Program-made: the position numbers and the translations under genes | Shown: positions 1-8,340 of the stretch, one piece after another | How the letters are laid out: the number at the start of each line of letters is the position of its first letter | Position numbering within the stretch: position 1 is the first letter of the stretch | The notes under the pieces: model-generated | Databases searched by the model: none | What the model was told of the DNA's origin: nothing | Seen by the model: only the letters and a program-made list of their open reading frames with translations | NCBI GenBank assembly: GCA_041389025.1 | Contig: JAWKSP010000002.1 | Location: 21,246 to 85,245 of the forward strand | Direction: 5' to 3' | DNA from: Minisyncoccota bacterium | GTDB lineage: Bacteria; Patescibacteriota; Minisyncoccia; Phycocordibacterales; UBA918 | Length of the DNA stretch: 64,000 nt

Positions 1-1
1 T

Positions 2-640
2 GACGGTGAACAATATATTCCCAAGCCACACCTGTGCGAGAAGTGTAATAAGGAAGTAGATGTAACTAGAGAGAAATTGACCGATAATGAAGTGCGAACC
101 ACATACACCTGCCCTGCATGTGGTCATGAAGAAGTTGATGTATTAGACCTTTCTTCACCCGAAGAAGAGGAAGATCCTAAGTATGAATATGATCGCAATC
201 GCTTCTGTCTTTCTGGAGAGGAGCTACTCAAAGCACAAGAATCCAAAAGAAGCATGGATAATATGAAAGCTTTAATGGAAAAGATTGAGCACAAAGAGGA
301 GAACAAGGAGCAGTACGACAAAGTGGCTCAACTTACAAAGCTCACAGTTCCTCAATTAAAAGAGCGGGTGACCGATAAGTTAGAAAAGGAATCATACCTG
401 AACATTACTTTTGAAAAACCAGATCTAGGTCGTATTGTGTCTATTGAGTTCAGTGTAGAAGAAATGGAAACTGATAATGAACGAGCTAGTGTTCAAAAGC
501 TCACAAAGCTTATAAAAAAGCTTCTTAAAGACTCTAACTGGAGATTGATGACCGAAGGCATTACTTATCGTCTTGGTATGCTCAGTGGACGACTACGAGT
601 GTATGAGAATGAAGAAGATTTGCTGAAATTAGTTAAATGA
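2..640 (+). CDS. hypothetical zinc-ribbon protein (5' partial; reading frame open to window start)
   Basis: Frame of the 77..640 ORF has no stop back to nt 2. Two CxxC pairs (CEKC upstream of the listed Met, CPACGH after it) then an acidic/coiled region. Stop overlaps next gene start (ATGA). Confidence 0.55.
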   Translation, partial: DGEQYIPKPHLCEKCNKEVDVTREKLTDNEVRTTYTCPACGHEEVDVLDLSSPEEEEDPKYEYDRNRFCLSGEELLKAQESKRSMDNMKALMEKIEHKEENKEQYDKVAQLTKLTVPQLKERVTDKLEKESYLNITFEKPDLGRIVSIEFSVEEMETDNERASVQKLTKLIKKLLKDSNWRLMTEGITYRLGMLSGRLRVYENEEDLLKLVK

Positions 641-1023
641 GTATGAAAAATTCAACCACAACAATGAATACTGAAAACATCGTAAACATGCTTTTTAATT
701 CTATCGAAGAAGGTTCAAAGAAAGGAATCACTATGCTTTGGGATGCTGGCACATCGGCATTGATAGAACATTGGTTATTGGTCGGTGGCATTTTAATTGG
801 ACTGCTTATACTCTTCACACTAATGGCTCTGTTTGGACACTGGGCATCATTAGGCAGTTTCCTGTACCATTCAATTTACGCAATAGTTATTTTGATTATT
901 GGATCAATTTGGGGTCCAGAAGTTTTTATTAGCAACTGGTTTGGTTTCTTTACCGCCATCTTCTTGTATCCTGTATGTTATTTAGCTGTAGGCTGGATTT
1001 TAGACAAGACAAACCTTAAATAA
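637..1023 (+). CDS. small integral membrane protein (3 predicted TM helices), hypothetical
   Basis: 128-aa ORF, start overlaps upstream stop by 4 nt (translational coupling). Hydrophobic helices LLVGGILIGLLILFTLMALFG and AIVILIIGSIWG. Confidence 0.55.
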   Translation: MSMKNSTTTMNTENIVNMLFNSIEEGSKKGITMLWDAGTSALIEHWLLVGGILIGLLILFTLMALFGHWASLGSFLYHSIYAIVILIIGSIWGPEVFISNWFGFFTAIFLYPVCYLAVGWILDKTNLK

Positions 1024-1034
1024 ATATTAATACT

Positions 1035-1595
1035 ATGGAAAACAGATCACATGTTGAACCACTAGAAAGTCGTATTGCTCGTTTCCAAGATGGTCACCCA
1101 ATCGAAATCATAAGCACACTTTTAAATTCAATTGATAATCACTTTAATAACGAAATACGTCTGGCTACAGAAAACGATCATTACCAGACGTCATTACTGT
1201 TCTTAGGTATACACGCTGTATCACTGACTATTTCCGAAGGCTTATTTAATACACAAGGAGAAGCCGGGTATAAAATGTTTCTAGAGAATTATATTGATGG
1301 TGATACTCCTGACACAAAGTTCTCTAATATTGCTACCGAGATTCACAGCTGGAGAAACATACTCGCACATCAATGGTTGGGTGTAAGTGGATATGACATT
1401 GGTTATGATTACGAACAAGAAGAGGGGTGGATTAAACGTGATGATGTAGTTTTTATAAATCCAAAAATATACAGTGACCATTACTTAAACGCTTTTGTGG
1501 CAGGTGGCAGTATTTGGGACTTCGATAAACGATTTACAGAAGATGAGCTGCAACAAATCAAGGAACGCCTACTGGTAAAGTTTTTAGCGAGATAA
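1035..1595 (+). CDS. hypothetical protein
   Basis: 186-aa ORF 11 nt after previous gene, same strand. No recognisable motif. Confidence 0.5.
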   Translation: MENRSHVEPLESRIARFQDGHPIEIISTLLNSIDNHFNNEIRLATENDHYQTSLLFLGIHAVSLTISEGLFNTQGEAGYKMFLENYIDGDTPDTKFSNIATEIHSWRNILAHQWLGVSGYDIGYDYEQEEGWIKRDDVVFINPKIYSDHYLNAFVAGGSIWDFDKRFTEDELQQIKERLLVKFLAR

Positions 1596-1660
1596 AAGTG
1601 ACAGTTCACTGTCACTTTATGACACGTGCAAATATGTGTCACTTTTGTCACTTTTTACTA
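1595..1660. promoter_or_regulatory. array of GTGACA/TGTCAC half-sites: perfect 10-bp inverted repeat AAAGTGACAG-ttca-CTGTCACTTT overlapping the stop codon, plus TGACAC-N10-GTGTCA and direct GTCACTTTTGTCAC
   Basis: Read directly at 1595-1618, 1619-1642 and 1637-1651. Could be a weak intrinsic terminator (stem 10 bp, only TTT after it) and/or a transcription-factor operator cluster. Confidence 0.4.
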
Positions 1661-1751
1661 ACGCTCGAGAAGGGTCGTCAGAAATTTGCTATCGCTAATC
1701 AGAATAACCTTGCAGGGCAACAAATCAAATTGGTTCTATCACGAAAAGGCT

Positions 1752-1923
1752 CACAGCATATTTTCTTAGTAAAGAGCACCGTTTAGGTGCTTTTTACTTT
1801 TGAAAATAGCTGTGACCCAAGAGAAAGACGCCAATGCGTCTTTTGTGGGAATCGAACCAGCGGAGCGATGTTTTCTGCGCCTTTCCTAGCGCAGAAAAAG
1901 AGCGAGTTGCGTCCAGCAGTTCT
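1752..1923. repeat. ~170-bp direct repeat, copy A (second copy at 3324..3494, ~93% identical)
   Basis: Near-identical stretch cacagc(a/g)tattttct..gcaccgtttaggtgcttttt..gaaaatagctgt..aagacgccaatgcgtctt..gggaatcgaaccagcggagcgatgttttctgcgcctttcctagcgcagaaaa..gagcgagttgcgtccag. Contains 3 hairpins and, on the minus strand, a tRNA T-loop-like box GGTTCGATTCC. Confidence 0.8.
1774..1796 (+). terminator. intrinsic terminator hairpin GAGCACC-GTTTA-GGTGCTC followed by TTTTT (inside repeat copy A)
   Basis: Stem-loop plus U-run read directly. Confidence 0.55.
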
Positions 1924-2016
1924 TATGAGCGTTAGCGAATTAGAAACTGTGGGATCATTCCCCGTAGGGTCACCACGTATAGATAACTTACCACCAGTGC
2001 AAATCATCATCATAAA

Positions 2017-2056
2017 CACAACATCGCCCTTATTTTAAGGGCGATGTTGTGTTTTG
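2017..2056 (+). terminator. long hairpin ACACAACATCGCCCTTA-ttt-TAAGGGCGATGTTGTGT followed by TTTT
   Basis: 17-bp perfect stem, 3-nt loop, then T-run. No coding sequence upstream for ~450 nt, so it may terminate an unannotated transcript. Confidence 0.5.
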
Positions 2057-2156
2057 GGCTACAGACATAAAACTTACCAAAACAAACAAGTTGTGGTTGA
2101 ACCCTACCAAAAATCGAACCTACAATGCATATGTTATTATTGATTAACAATAACAT

Positions 2157-2927
2157 ATGAAAAAATTTTTTGTAATATTTTTGATAATCGTTGTAGCTGT
2201 AATTACTTATTACAAATTTACCTACCCTACTTTTACTTATAAATACCGCATGACAGTTGAGGTTGAAACACCGGAAGGAATTAAATCAGGCTCAAGTGTA
2301 ATTGAAGTGCGTACTGAACAATGGCCGGAGTGGATATCAGGGTTGTCTGGTGGAAATACTGAAAATTCATATGTGACAGGTGAATCTGTGTTTGTTGACT
2401 TGGGAGATGAAAAAAATATAGTAGTTTTGTTGGCTGCTGGTAGTTATGCACAAATCGAAAATGCAATAGTCTATTTAGCGCCACAAGCATTTTTAAATGT
2501 TGGTTTTCCGGAATCCAGTTCAGGATTAAAAAGTATTTGGGCAAGTAGATTATCTAAAATGACTAGTGAGAAAATAGAAGTGCGACCAGAACTTGTTCCG
2601 ACTATGGTTAGTTTTCAAGATTTAGATGACCCTAAAAGTGTCCAGCTAATTTATGCCGCCGACCGTTACGAAGTTGTTAACAAACAAGGATGGAGGGAGT
2701 ACCCTAGAAAGGTTGTAATAAATGACTTTAATACTAAATTTGGTGATGGTTATGAATTAAAAGGTGTATGGTTAGAGTTAACGGACGACCCTATAACAAA
2801 AGGTTTAGAAGAGAAATTGCTGTGGTGGAATAATTCAGGTCGTCCAGCATCTGAGATGCTAGAATCCCTACGTGATGGACATAATACAGGTACATCAATA
2901 GAACCTGAAAGAATATTTATAAAATGA
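2157..2927 (+). CDS. hypothetical N-terminally anchored/secreted protein
   Basis: 256-aa ORF. N-terminal hydrophobic segment FFVIFLIIVVAVITYY. No recognised domain. Confidence 0.6.
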   Translation: MKKFFVIFLIIVVAVITYYKFTYPTFTYKYRMTVEVETPEGIKSGSSVIEVRTEQWPEWISGLSGGNTENSYVTGESVFVDLGDEKNIVVLLAAGSYAQIENAIVYLAPQAFLNVGFPESSSGLKSIWASRLSKMTSEKIEVRPELVPTMVSFQDLDDPKSVQLIYAADRYEVVNKQGWREYPRKVVINDFNTKFGDGYELKGVWLELTDDPITKGLEEKLLWWNNSGRPASEMLESLRDGHNTGTSIEPERIFIK

Positions 2928-3106
2928 CAATTAACAGATATTCTTTAGATATTACTAACCAATCACCGTAATATTAGTAATATTTCAAGCCGCTTTTTTA
3001 TTTGATGAGTTATTAGGTAATTCGTTACCATGAATTAATTTAAATATCTTCTTAGTTTCCACCCTTGACACGTTCTTAAAAGTTCGAGATGTGGCTCGGT
3101 ATGGTT

Positions 3107-3323
3107 CACAAAAGCGAACTTCGTTCGCAGACAACGAGCGCGGCGAAGCCGCGCGAGAAAAAGGAGATGGAAAAACACCCCGTCGCGCAGCGACGGGGTG
3201 TTTTGGCTTCTGTTTCTTCTGCTGCGGCTTCGCCGCGTTTGTTGTGTCGAGACGAAGTCTCGTTTTGTGATGATGTACTAGCCTTTGCTCGAAATGGGTT
3301 CGAGCAAAGGATAGTACATCATC
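3107..3323 (+). other. GC-rich double long-hairpin element (candidate structured ncRNA or 3'UTR element): hairpin 1 ~3107-3269 (imperfect ~75-nt arms, perfect GC apex), hairpin 2 3269-3323 (25-bp stem, 1 mismatch, loop ATGGG)
   Basis: Arms align as reverse complements with scattered substitutions. Local GC far above the flanking sequence. Both overlapping six-frame ORFs (2985..3350 minus and 3089..3460 plus) translate to mirror-similar peptides, which is the signature of a palindrome rather than a gene. Confidence 0.45.
3175..3204. terminator. apical GC hairpin CACCCCGTCG-cgcag-CGACGGGGTG with T-runs on both strands (bidirectional terminator-like)
   Basis: Perfect 10-bp GC stem, TTTT downstream on plus and TTTTT on minus. 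Confidence 0.5.
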
Positions 3324-3494
3324 ACAGCGTATTTTCTCAGCAAAAGGCACCGTTTAGGTGCTTTTTACTTTTGAAAATAGCTGTAACCCAAGAGAAAGAC
3401 GCCAATGCGTCTTTCGTGGGAATCGAACCAGCGGAGCGATGTTTTCTGCGCCTTTCCTAGCGCAGAAAACGAGCGAGTTGCGTCCAGTAGTTCT
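3324..3494. repeat. ~170-bp direct repeat, copy B
   Basis: Aligns base-for-base with 1752..1923 apart from ~10 substitutions. Confidence 0.8.
3346..3367 (+). terminator. intrinsic terminator GCACC-GTTTA-GGTGC + TTTTT (inside repeat copy B)
   Basis: Same hairpin as in copy A. Lies downstream of gene 2157..2927 and the GC-rich element. Confidence 0.55.
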
Positions 3495-3616
3495 ATGGTT
3501 TTTGTTTCCACTGGTTACTTTTGTTGATAACTATAATTTCTTTCAATCCTAAGTTTATTGTTTTGGGAGAGATGTGTAAAGTGTATAATTAAACTTATAA
3601 TTACCTGTTTAATTTT

Positions 3617-4366
3617 GTGCTAAAACTTATTTCCCTAAACATAGAGTTGGATAAGCATTACTCAAGAATTATTGATTTGTTGGATAGAGAAAATCCTGAC
3701 GTAATAGCCTTACAGGAAGTACCAAAAGAGTTTTTGAATCAGATTGAAGATTTGGGATATAAAGCAACTTTTACAACCAGAAAACAAATACTTGATGGTA
3801 AGGGAAAAAGCTTTGAAGAAGGTTTAGTGTTGGCATCAAAGTTTCCTTGTGAGACTGTTGTGAGGTCTTATTTTGAGGTGAGTCATAAAACACATCTTTC
3901 ATCTGTTCCGGCGACAAAAAGAGGTGTTGATACTTTAGAAAAATATTCCTACATCATGGCTAAGATAAAAGTTGGTGGTGAGATTTTCAATATTGTCACT
4001 ACTCATTTAATAGTTACACCTGATGGTTTGACTAACGAGCTTCAGACTAAGGTAGTGACAGAATTATTACAGGTGATAAAAAATGAAGAATCGCACATGA
4101 TCTGTGGTGATTTCAATATGCCGCGCGGATATAATGGTTTGTATGAATTATTTACTAAAAAGTATGCAGATCAGATTCCTTTAAAATATAAAAGCAGTTT
4201 GGATAAAAATCTACATCGTTGTGGAAATATGCAATTGGAACAACCGATCTTTGATGAATACATGGTTGACTACCTTTTTACCCAACCTCCCTATCGGGCA
4301 AGGAACGTCAGGTTGGAATTTGGAGTCAGTGATCATGCGGCTGTGATTGCTGAGATATATAAATAG
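3617..4366 (+). CDS. endonuclease/exonuclease/phosphatase (EEP) family protein
   Basis: EEP hallmark motifs ALQEV, ICGDFNMPR and SDHAAV in conserved order. GTG start. Confidence 0.75.
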   Translation: MLKLISLNIELDKHYSRIIDLLDRENPDVIALQEVPKEFLNQIEDLGYKATFTTRKQILDGKGKSFEEGLVLASKFPCETVVRSYFEVSHKTHLSSVPATKRGVDTLEKYSYIMAKIKVGGEIFNIVTTHLIVTPDGLTNELQTKVVTELLQVIKNEESHMICGDFNMPRGYNGLYELFTKKYADQIPLKYKSSLDKNLHRCGNMQLEQPIFDEYMVDYLFTQPPYRARNVRLEFGVSDHAAVIAEIYK

Positions 4367-4400
4367 GTCAATGTTATACTAAAAAGGTAAATGAAACTTT

Positions 4401-5822
4401 ATGAATCATCTTTTTAATACTAAAACAAAAATAGTGGCAACACTCGGCCCTAGTTCCAGTAAGGTCTCAGACATAGAAAAAATGTTGTTGCAAGGTATGT
4501 CGGTAGCTCGGTTAAATATGAGTCATGGTAATCATGCTTCTCACGCTGAAATGATTAAGAACGCACATATAGCGGAAAGAAAAACCAAACGACCGTTGGC
4601 TATATTGCAGGACTTGGCTGGTCCAAAAATCAGAATTGGTGATTTTGAGACTGAAGAGGTCACCTTAACTCCAGGTAAAACTTTAATTTTAACTACTAAA
4701 AAGTGTGTTGGTACAGCTGATAAAGTAGAAATTAATTACAGTAAATTACCAAATGAAGTGGGTGCAGGAATGATTATTTACTTAAATGACGGAAAGCAAA
4801 AGTTGGAGGTTGAGAAAGTTACCAAAACAGAAATACATACGAAGGTACTAGTGGGCGGTGTGATCAAAGGCAGGCGTGGATTAAATGTACCAGATGCAAA
4901 TCTTTCTATATCTTCCCTGACAGTTAAAGATCGTAAGGATTTAGTTTTTGGTTTGGAGCAAGGAGTAGATTTTGTTACTTTGTCTTTTGTTCGTAGAGCA
5001 GAAGACATTAAAAAATTACGAAAATTAACTGAGAAGATTAAAAAGGTTAATATTGTAGCAAAAATTGAAACCAAGTCAGCGATTGAGAATTTAGAAGAAA
5101 TTATAAATGAAGCGGATGTAATAATGGTGGCGCGTGGAGATTTGGCGATTGAGATGCCTTTGGAAAAAGTCCCGTTGCTACAAAAAGAAATTATCCGTTT
5201 AGCGAACAAAGCTGGTAAGCCGGTGATCACAGCCACTCAGATGCTTGATTCGATGCGAGTGTCCACTACTCCGACTAGAGCTGAAGTGACAGACATAGCA
5301 AATGCTATTTTGGATGGTACTGATGCTGTTATGTTGTCGGATGAGACAGCAATTGGTTTACATCCCGATAAAGTGATCGAGATAATTAAACAGGTAGCTA
5401 AAGAGGTGGAATCAGATTCTTTCTTTCATTTACACCAATCAGACTGGGATTTTCTGCCAGAAAGTATTTATGAAGCAGTCAGTCAATCGATTGTGCACAG
5501 TGCTACTTCCACTAAGGCCCGCATTATTACAGCCTTTACGGAGAGCGGTTACACAGCACGCATGATTGCTCGGTATAGGCCACGAGTGCCGGTGTTGGTT
5601 ATGACTCCAAATAAAGTTACTTTCAATCAAGCATTGATAATTTATGGTTGTGAGCCGGTCTTGATAAGACGAGTAAAAAACTTGACTGAAGCTAGAAAAG
5701 TCGCTAAACGAGTATTAACTGATTGTTGTAAAATGAAGTCGGGAGAATTGTTTGTGCTTGGTGCCGGCGTGCCTTTTGGAAAACCTGGGGCGACTAATAT
5801 GATGATAGTAGATCGAGTATAG
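4401..5822 (+). CDS. pyk: pyruvate kinase
   Basis: N-terminal TKIVATLGPSS, MSVARLNMSHG, K-binding and active-site regions. Length 473 aa typical of the family. Confidence 0.92.
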   Translation: MNHLFNTKTKIVATLGPSSSKVSDIEKMLLQGMSVARLNMSHGNHASHAEMIKNAHIAERKTKRPLAILQDLAGPKIRIGDFETEEVTLTPGKTLILTTKKCVGTADKVEINYSKLPNEVGAGMIIYLNDGKQKLEVEKVTKTEIHTKVLVGGVIKGRRGLNVPDANLSISSLTVKDRKDLVFGLEQGVDFVTLSFVRRAEDIKKLRKLTEKIKKVNIVAKIETKSAIENLEEIINEADVIMVARGDLAIEMPLEKVPLLQKEIIRLANKAGKPVITATQMLDSMRVSTTPTRAEVTDIANAILDGTDAVMLSDETAIGLHPDKVIEIIKQVAKEVESDSFFHLHQSDWDFLPESIYEAVSQSIVHSATSTKARIITAFTESGYTARMIARYRPRVPVLVMTPNKVTFNQALIIYGCEPVLIRRVKNLTEARKVAKRVLTDCCKMKSGELFVLGAGVPFGKPGATNMMIVDRV

Positions 5823-5831
5823 CTTTTAAAT

Positions 5832-5865
5832 AAAAATAAAAAAGTCGGCATCTAAAGATGCCGAC
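5832..5865. terminator. hairpin GTCGGCATC-taaa-GATGCCGAC between convergent pyk and pyrC; strong T-run on the minus strand
   Basis: Read at 5844-5865. On the minus strand the stem is followed by TTTTTTATTTTTATTT. Confidence 0.6.
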
Positions 5866-5891
5866 CAAAACAAACTAACAATAAACCAAAG

Positions 5892-6755
5892 TCATACCAA
5901 TAAGTTATTTGACACAAACTTCCATTTTGTAAATCCACCAGCTCGAAACGGTACCAAAACTTCACCTTGTGTATAAGGTATGCTGGTTGGTATCTGCCAA
6001 GATATCCTAGCTAAAGTAATGGTGTCATTGTTTCTTGGTAAACCATAAAAATCAGCTCCATAGTGACTAGTGAAAGCCTCAAGATCGTTTAATGTACCAG
6101 CTGTCTCAAACACCTCAGCATAAAATTCTATGGCCGTCATGGCTGTAAAGCAACCAGCGCAACCGCAGCTACTTTCTTTGTCACCTTTTGCGTGTGGGGC
6201 TGAGTCGGTACCAAGGAAAAATTTTGGATTACCGGAAGTAGCTATTTTTACCAACGCTTCATGATGTTCTTCGTGCTTTAAGACCGGTAAGCAGTAATAG
6301 TGTGGATTTAATCCTCCTCTAAATATCGCGTTGCGGTTTTCAAGCAGATGTTGTGGTGTAATGGTAGCTGCTATTCCATCTCGAGCATCAATCACAAACT
6401 GAACAGCATCGAGTGTAGTGATATGCTCAAGTACAATCTTTAAACAAGAAAAACGATCGACAAGTTTCAGTAAGATTTTGTCGATAAAATATTTTTCTCG
6501 ATCAAAGATGTCAATCTCACCATTTTTATCTGAAAGAAGTTCACCGTGAATACATAATGGTAAACCATACTCTTCCATCGCCTCAAGGACTCTAGTAAGG
6601 TTCCAGATGTTAGTAACCCCACTTGCTGAGTTGGTCGTCGCACCGGCCGGATATAGCTTTGCCGCTAACACATGCTCTGAACTAGCGGCTTCGCGAATCA
6701 TTTCTGGTGTGGTTTCGTCAGTTAAATAGATGGTCATTTTTGGATCAAATAACAC
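5892..6755 (-). CDS. pyrC: dihydroorotase, C-terminal 287-aa segment (homodimeric PyrC type)
   Basis: AAKLYPAGATTNSASGVT, HGE, FLGTDSAPH motifs matching E. coli-type PyrC. The reading frame continues upstream without a frameshift to a TAA at 6783-6785. Confidence 0.8.
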   Translation of the reverse strand: MLFDPKMTIYLTDETTPEMIREAASSEHVLAAKLYPAGATTNSASGVTNIWNLTRVLEAMEEYGLPLCIHGELLSDKNGEIDIFDREKYFIDKILLKLVDRFSCLKIVLEHITTLDAVQFVIDARDGIAATITPQHLLENRNAIFRGGLNPHYYCLPVLKHEEHHEALVKIATSGNPKFFLGTDSAPHAKGDKESSCGCAGCFTAMTAIEFYAEVFETAGTLNDLEAFTSHYGADFYGLPRNNDTITLARISWQIPTSIPYTQGEVLVPFRAGGFTKWKFVSNNLLV

Positions 6756-6953
6756 ATCTTTTGGTAACGCATTTAAAATGCGTTACCTATAGTCTAAAGC
6801 CATAGTCGTGTTTATTACCGGTGGCTTAAGATTTGGCATTATTAGTGCTCGACCAAATACTTTGGCGCTATACGGAATGACAGTGCGCATTGCTGAACCG
6901 TCACGTACATGTAGATGAAAATCATCCGGTCGTGTAATTGTTAGACTTTCCAT
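5892..6953 (-). pseudogene. pyrC: full-length pyrC reading frame (353 codons) interrupted by a single in-frame TAA (6783..6785) at the position of a conserved Gln
   Basis: N-terminal fragment 6953..6786 encodes [19 protein letters not shown]...ALDYR, then TAA, then RILNALP...TIYLTDE in the same frame. E. coli PyrC has AYRQRILDA at this spot. Confidence 0.7.
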
Positions 6954-6974
6954 TTTAAACTCCTTTTAAATTGT

Positions 6975-7940
6975 TTAAGCGAAAACGTGGTTGGCGTGTG
7001 AAATTAATTTTTTCATGCGCCAAGGTCGCACTACAGCCACCGAACCAAGAAAGATAGCGTTTGCACCAACTTCTTTTAAGTCATTGATATCTGATATGGT
7101 TCTGATACCGTTGCCGGCAATTATCGGTAATTGTACCCCTCGTTCGCGTAAATCTTTCACCTTTTTGATAGTGAATTTAAGACATTGGTGACTAGATAGT
7201 CCGCCGTCTGCTTTTATTCCCCTATGCCTAAGTGGTGATTTATCACCGATGCTGTTCCAGTCTATTTCTTCTAGGGTTTCTGTGTCTCGCCATGGAATGG
7301 TGTTACCAACCCACAACGCATCCGCTACTTTTACTACTTCAGTAAGTACTTCGGTTGGCATAAGAGCGTTGCAGTTCAAGAGTACCGGAATTTTCGGTCC
7401 AAGGATTGCTTTGGCTGAGTTCAGTAAATTGCATATCTCAGAGTTAAATGAACCGACTTTAACGTCTGAATTTGGACAACCGCAATTTATTTGTACAGCC
7501 ATACCGTTATATGGGCCATAGTCTTTTATGAGTCGACACATGGCTTGAAGTTCCATTATTTGACTGTGATTACTTTTTGACTCAAGGGCAATTGAGATTA
7601 TAAACGGTTCAGTAAATCTTTGATAAACACCAAGTTTTAAATAAAAATCCAAACCATTATTTGCCAAACCGACTGCATTTATGATTTCTCCACCATTTTT
7701 AAATGGATTAACCCAAATACAGCGAGGGAGCGTCTCTTTTGGTGTCATACCGTCTTCCTGGAGAGGCATATTACCCTTCCTATTCGTGAGGGTCATGGTT
7801 TTTCCAGCAAAGCCGGTGTTTTCCCAGGTAGCCCCAAAAAGTCTTAGAAGTTTATGAAACAATAGTTCTTCTCCGGTGAATCCTCGAATGTAGGGCGCAC
7901 AAAACACTGATGGATAAAGTATTCCGTTTATTATAAACAT
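6975..7940 (-). CDS. pyrD: dihydroorotate dehydrogenase
   Basis: GLANNGLD, INCGCPNS and IIAGNGI motifs resembling DHODH flavin/substrate-binding motifs. Adjacent to pyrC on the same strand. Confidence 0.7.
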   Translation of the reverse strand: MFIINGILYPSVFCAPYIRGFTGEELLFHKLLRLFGATWENTGFAGKTMTLTNRKGNMPLQEDGMTPKETLPRCIWVNPFKNGGEIINAVGLANNGLDFYLKLGVYQRFTEPFIISIALESKSNHSQIMELQAMCRLIKDYGPYNGMAVQINCGCPNSDVKVGSFNSEICNLLNSAKAILGPKIPVLLNCNALMPTEVLTEVVKVADALWVGNTIPWRDTETLEEIDWNSIGDKSPLRHRGIKADGGLSSHQCLKFTIKKVKDLRERGVQLPIIAGNGIRTISDINDLKEVGANAIFLGSVAVVRPWRMKKLISHANHVFA

Positions 7941-8121
7941 TTAACTCCTCCTTTTGTTGGTTAATTGTATGTCAATTTACAAAAGTCTAGGAATAAATTC
8001 CTATTCCAAGGGCAACGTTAGCAAAAAAACAAAATATTGACAACACTTTTATTTAATATTTTCATCTTCTATACTTTCCCTGTACAAACATAGAAAATCA
8101 TGATATAGTTCCGGCTATTCT

Positions 8122-8340
8122 ATGAAAATTCTTGATAAATTGTATGGCTGGTACGGCCGAAAAACCGTCCGTTTTTTTATTGGTCTTGTAACTGCTTTGG
8201 TAATTTACGGTTTGTTTTTTGGTGGTGGTGCAAAACAGCCCGATATGGTGTCTGGTATTGTCAGCGAAAATTTACCAGCCGTTACGCTAACCACTGTTTC
8301 AGAGTTGGAAAATCCGGAAAATATTTCTTTTATTAGGTGA
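8122..8340 (+). CDS. N-terminal membrane-anchor fragment of an HlyD-type membrane-fusion protein (split gene)
   Basis: 72 aa with one TM helix followed by VSGIVSENLPAVTLTTVSE, typical of membrane-fusion-protein N-termini. Ends at TGA overlapping the GTG of the next ORF in the -1 frame. Confidence 0.45.
   Translation: MKILDKLYGWYGRKTVRFFIGLVTALVIYGLFFGGGAKQPDMVSGIVSENLPAVTLTTVSELENPENISFIR

Noticed and set aside
1840-1870. Possible tRNA or tmRNA gene on the minus strand of the repeat (GGTTCGATTCC box)
   Set aside because: No acceptor stem or CCA can be formed and the T-stem does not pair. At best a tRNA-derived fragment or att-like remnant.
1598-2038. ORFs 1598..1786, 1787..2038 (+) and 1783..2019 (-) in the first noncoding stretch
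   Set aside because: They run through the GTGACA repeat array and the ~170-bp repeat with its hairpins. The peptide MLFTFENSC... recurs at 3358..3552 only because the DNA repeat recurs. No RBS context and no similarity to proteins.
2985-3460. ORFs 2985..3350 (-) and 3089..3460 (+) encoding mirror-similar peptides
   Set aside because: Both are read-through of the two arms of the long GC-rich palindrome. Similar peptides on opposite strands are the expected artefact of an inverted repeat.
4778-5236. 152-aa antisense ORF inside pyk, and similar antisense ORFs inside uvrA, uvrB and the RND permease
   Set aside because: They are fully contained in well-supported genes on the other strand and have no motifs.
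6783-6785. Genetic-code reassignment (TAA = Gln) as explanation for the pyrC stop
   Set aside because: Other genes in the window terminate at TAA (e.g. 1035..1595 and 53491..53952), with no sense-codon use visible elsewhere. The standard code fits all long ORFs.
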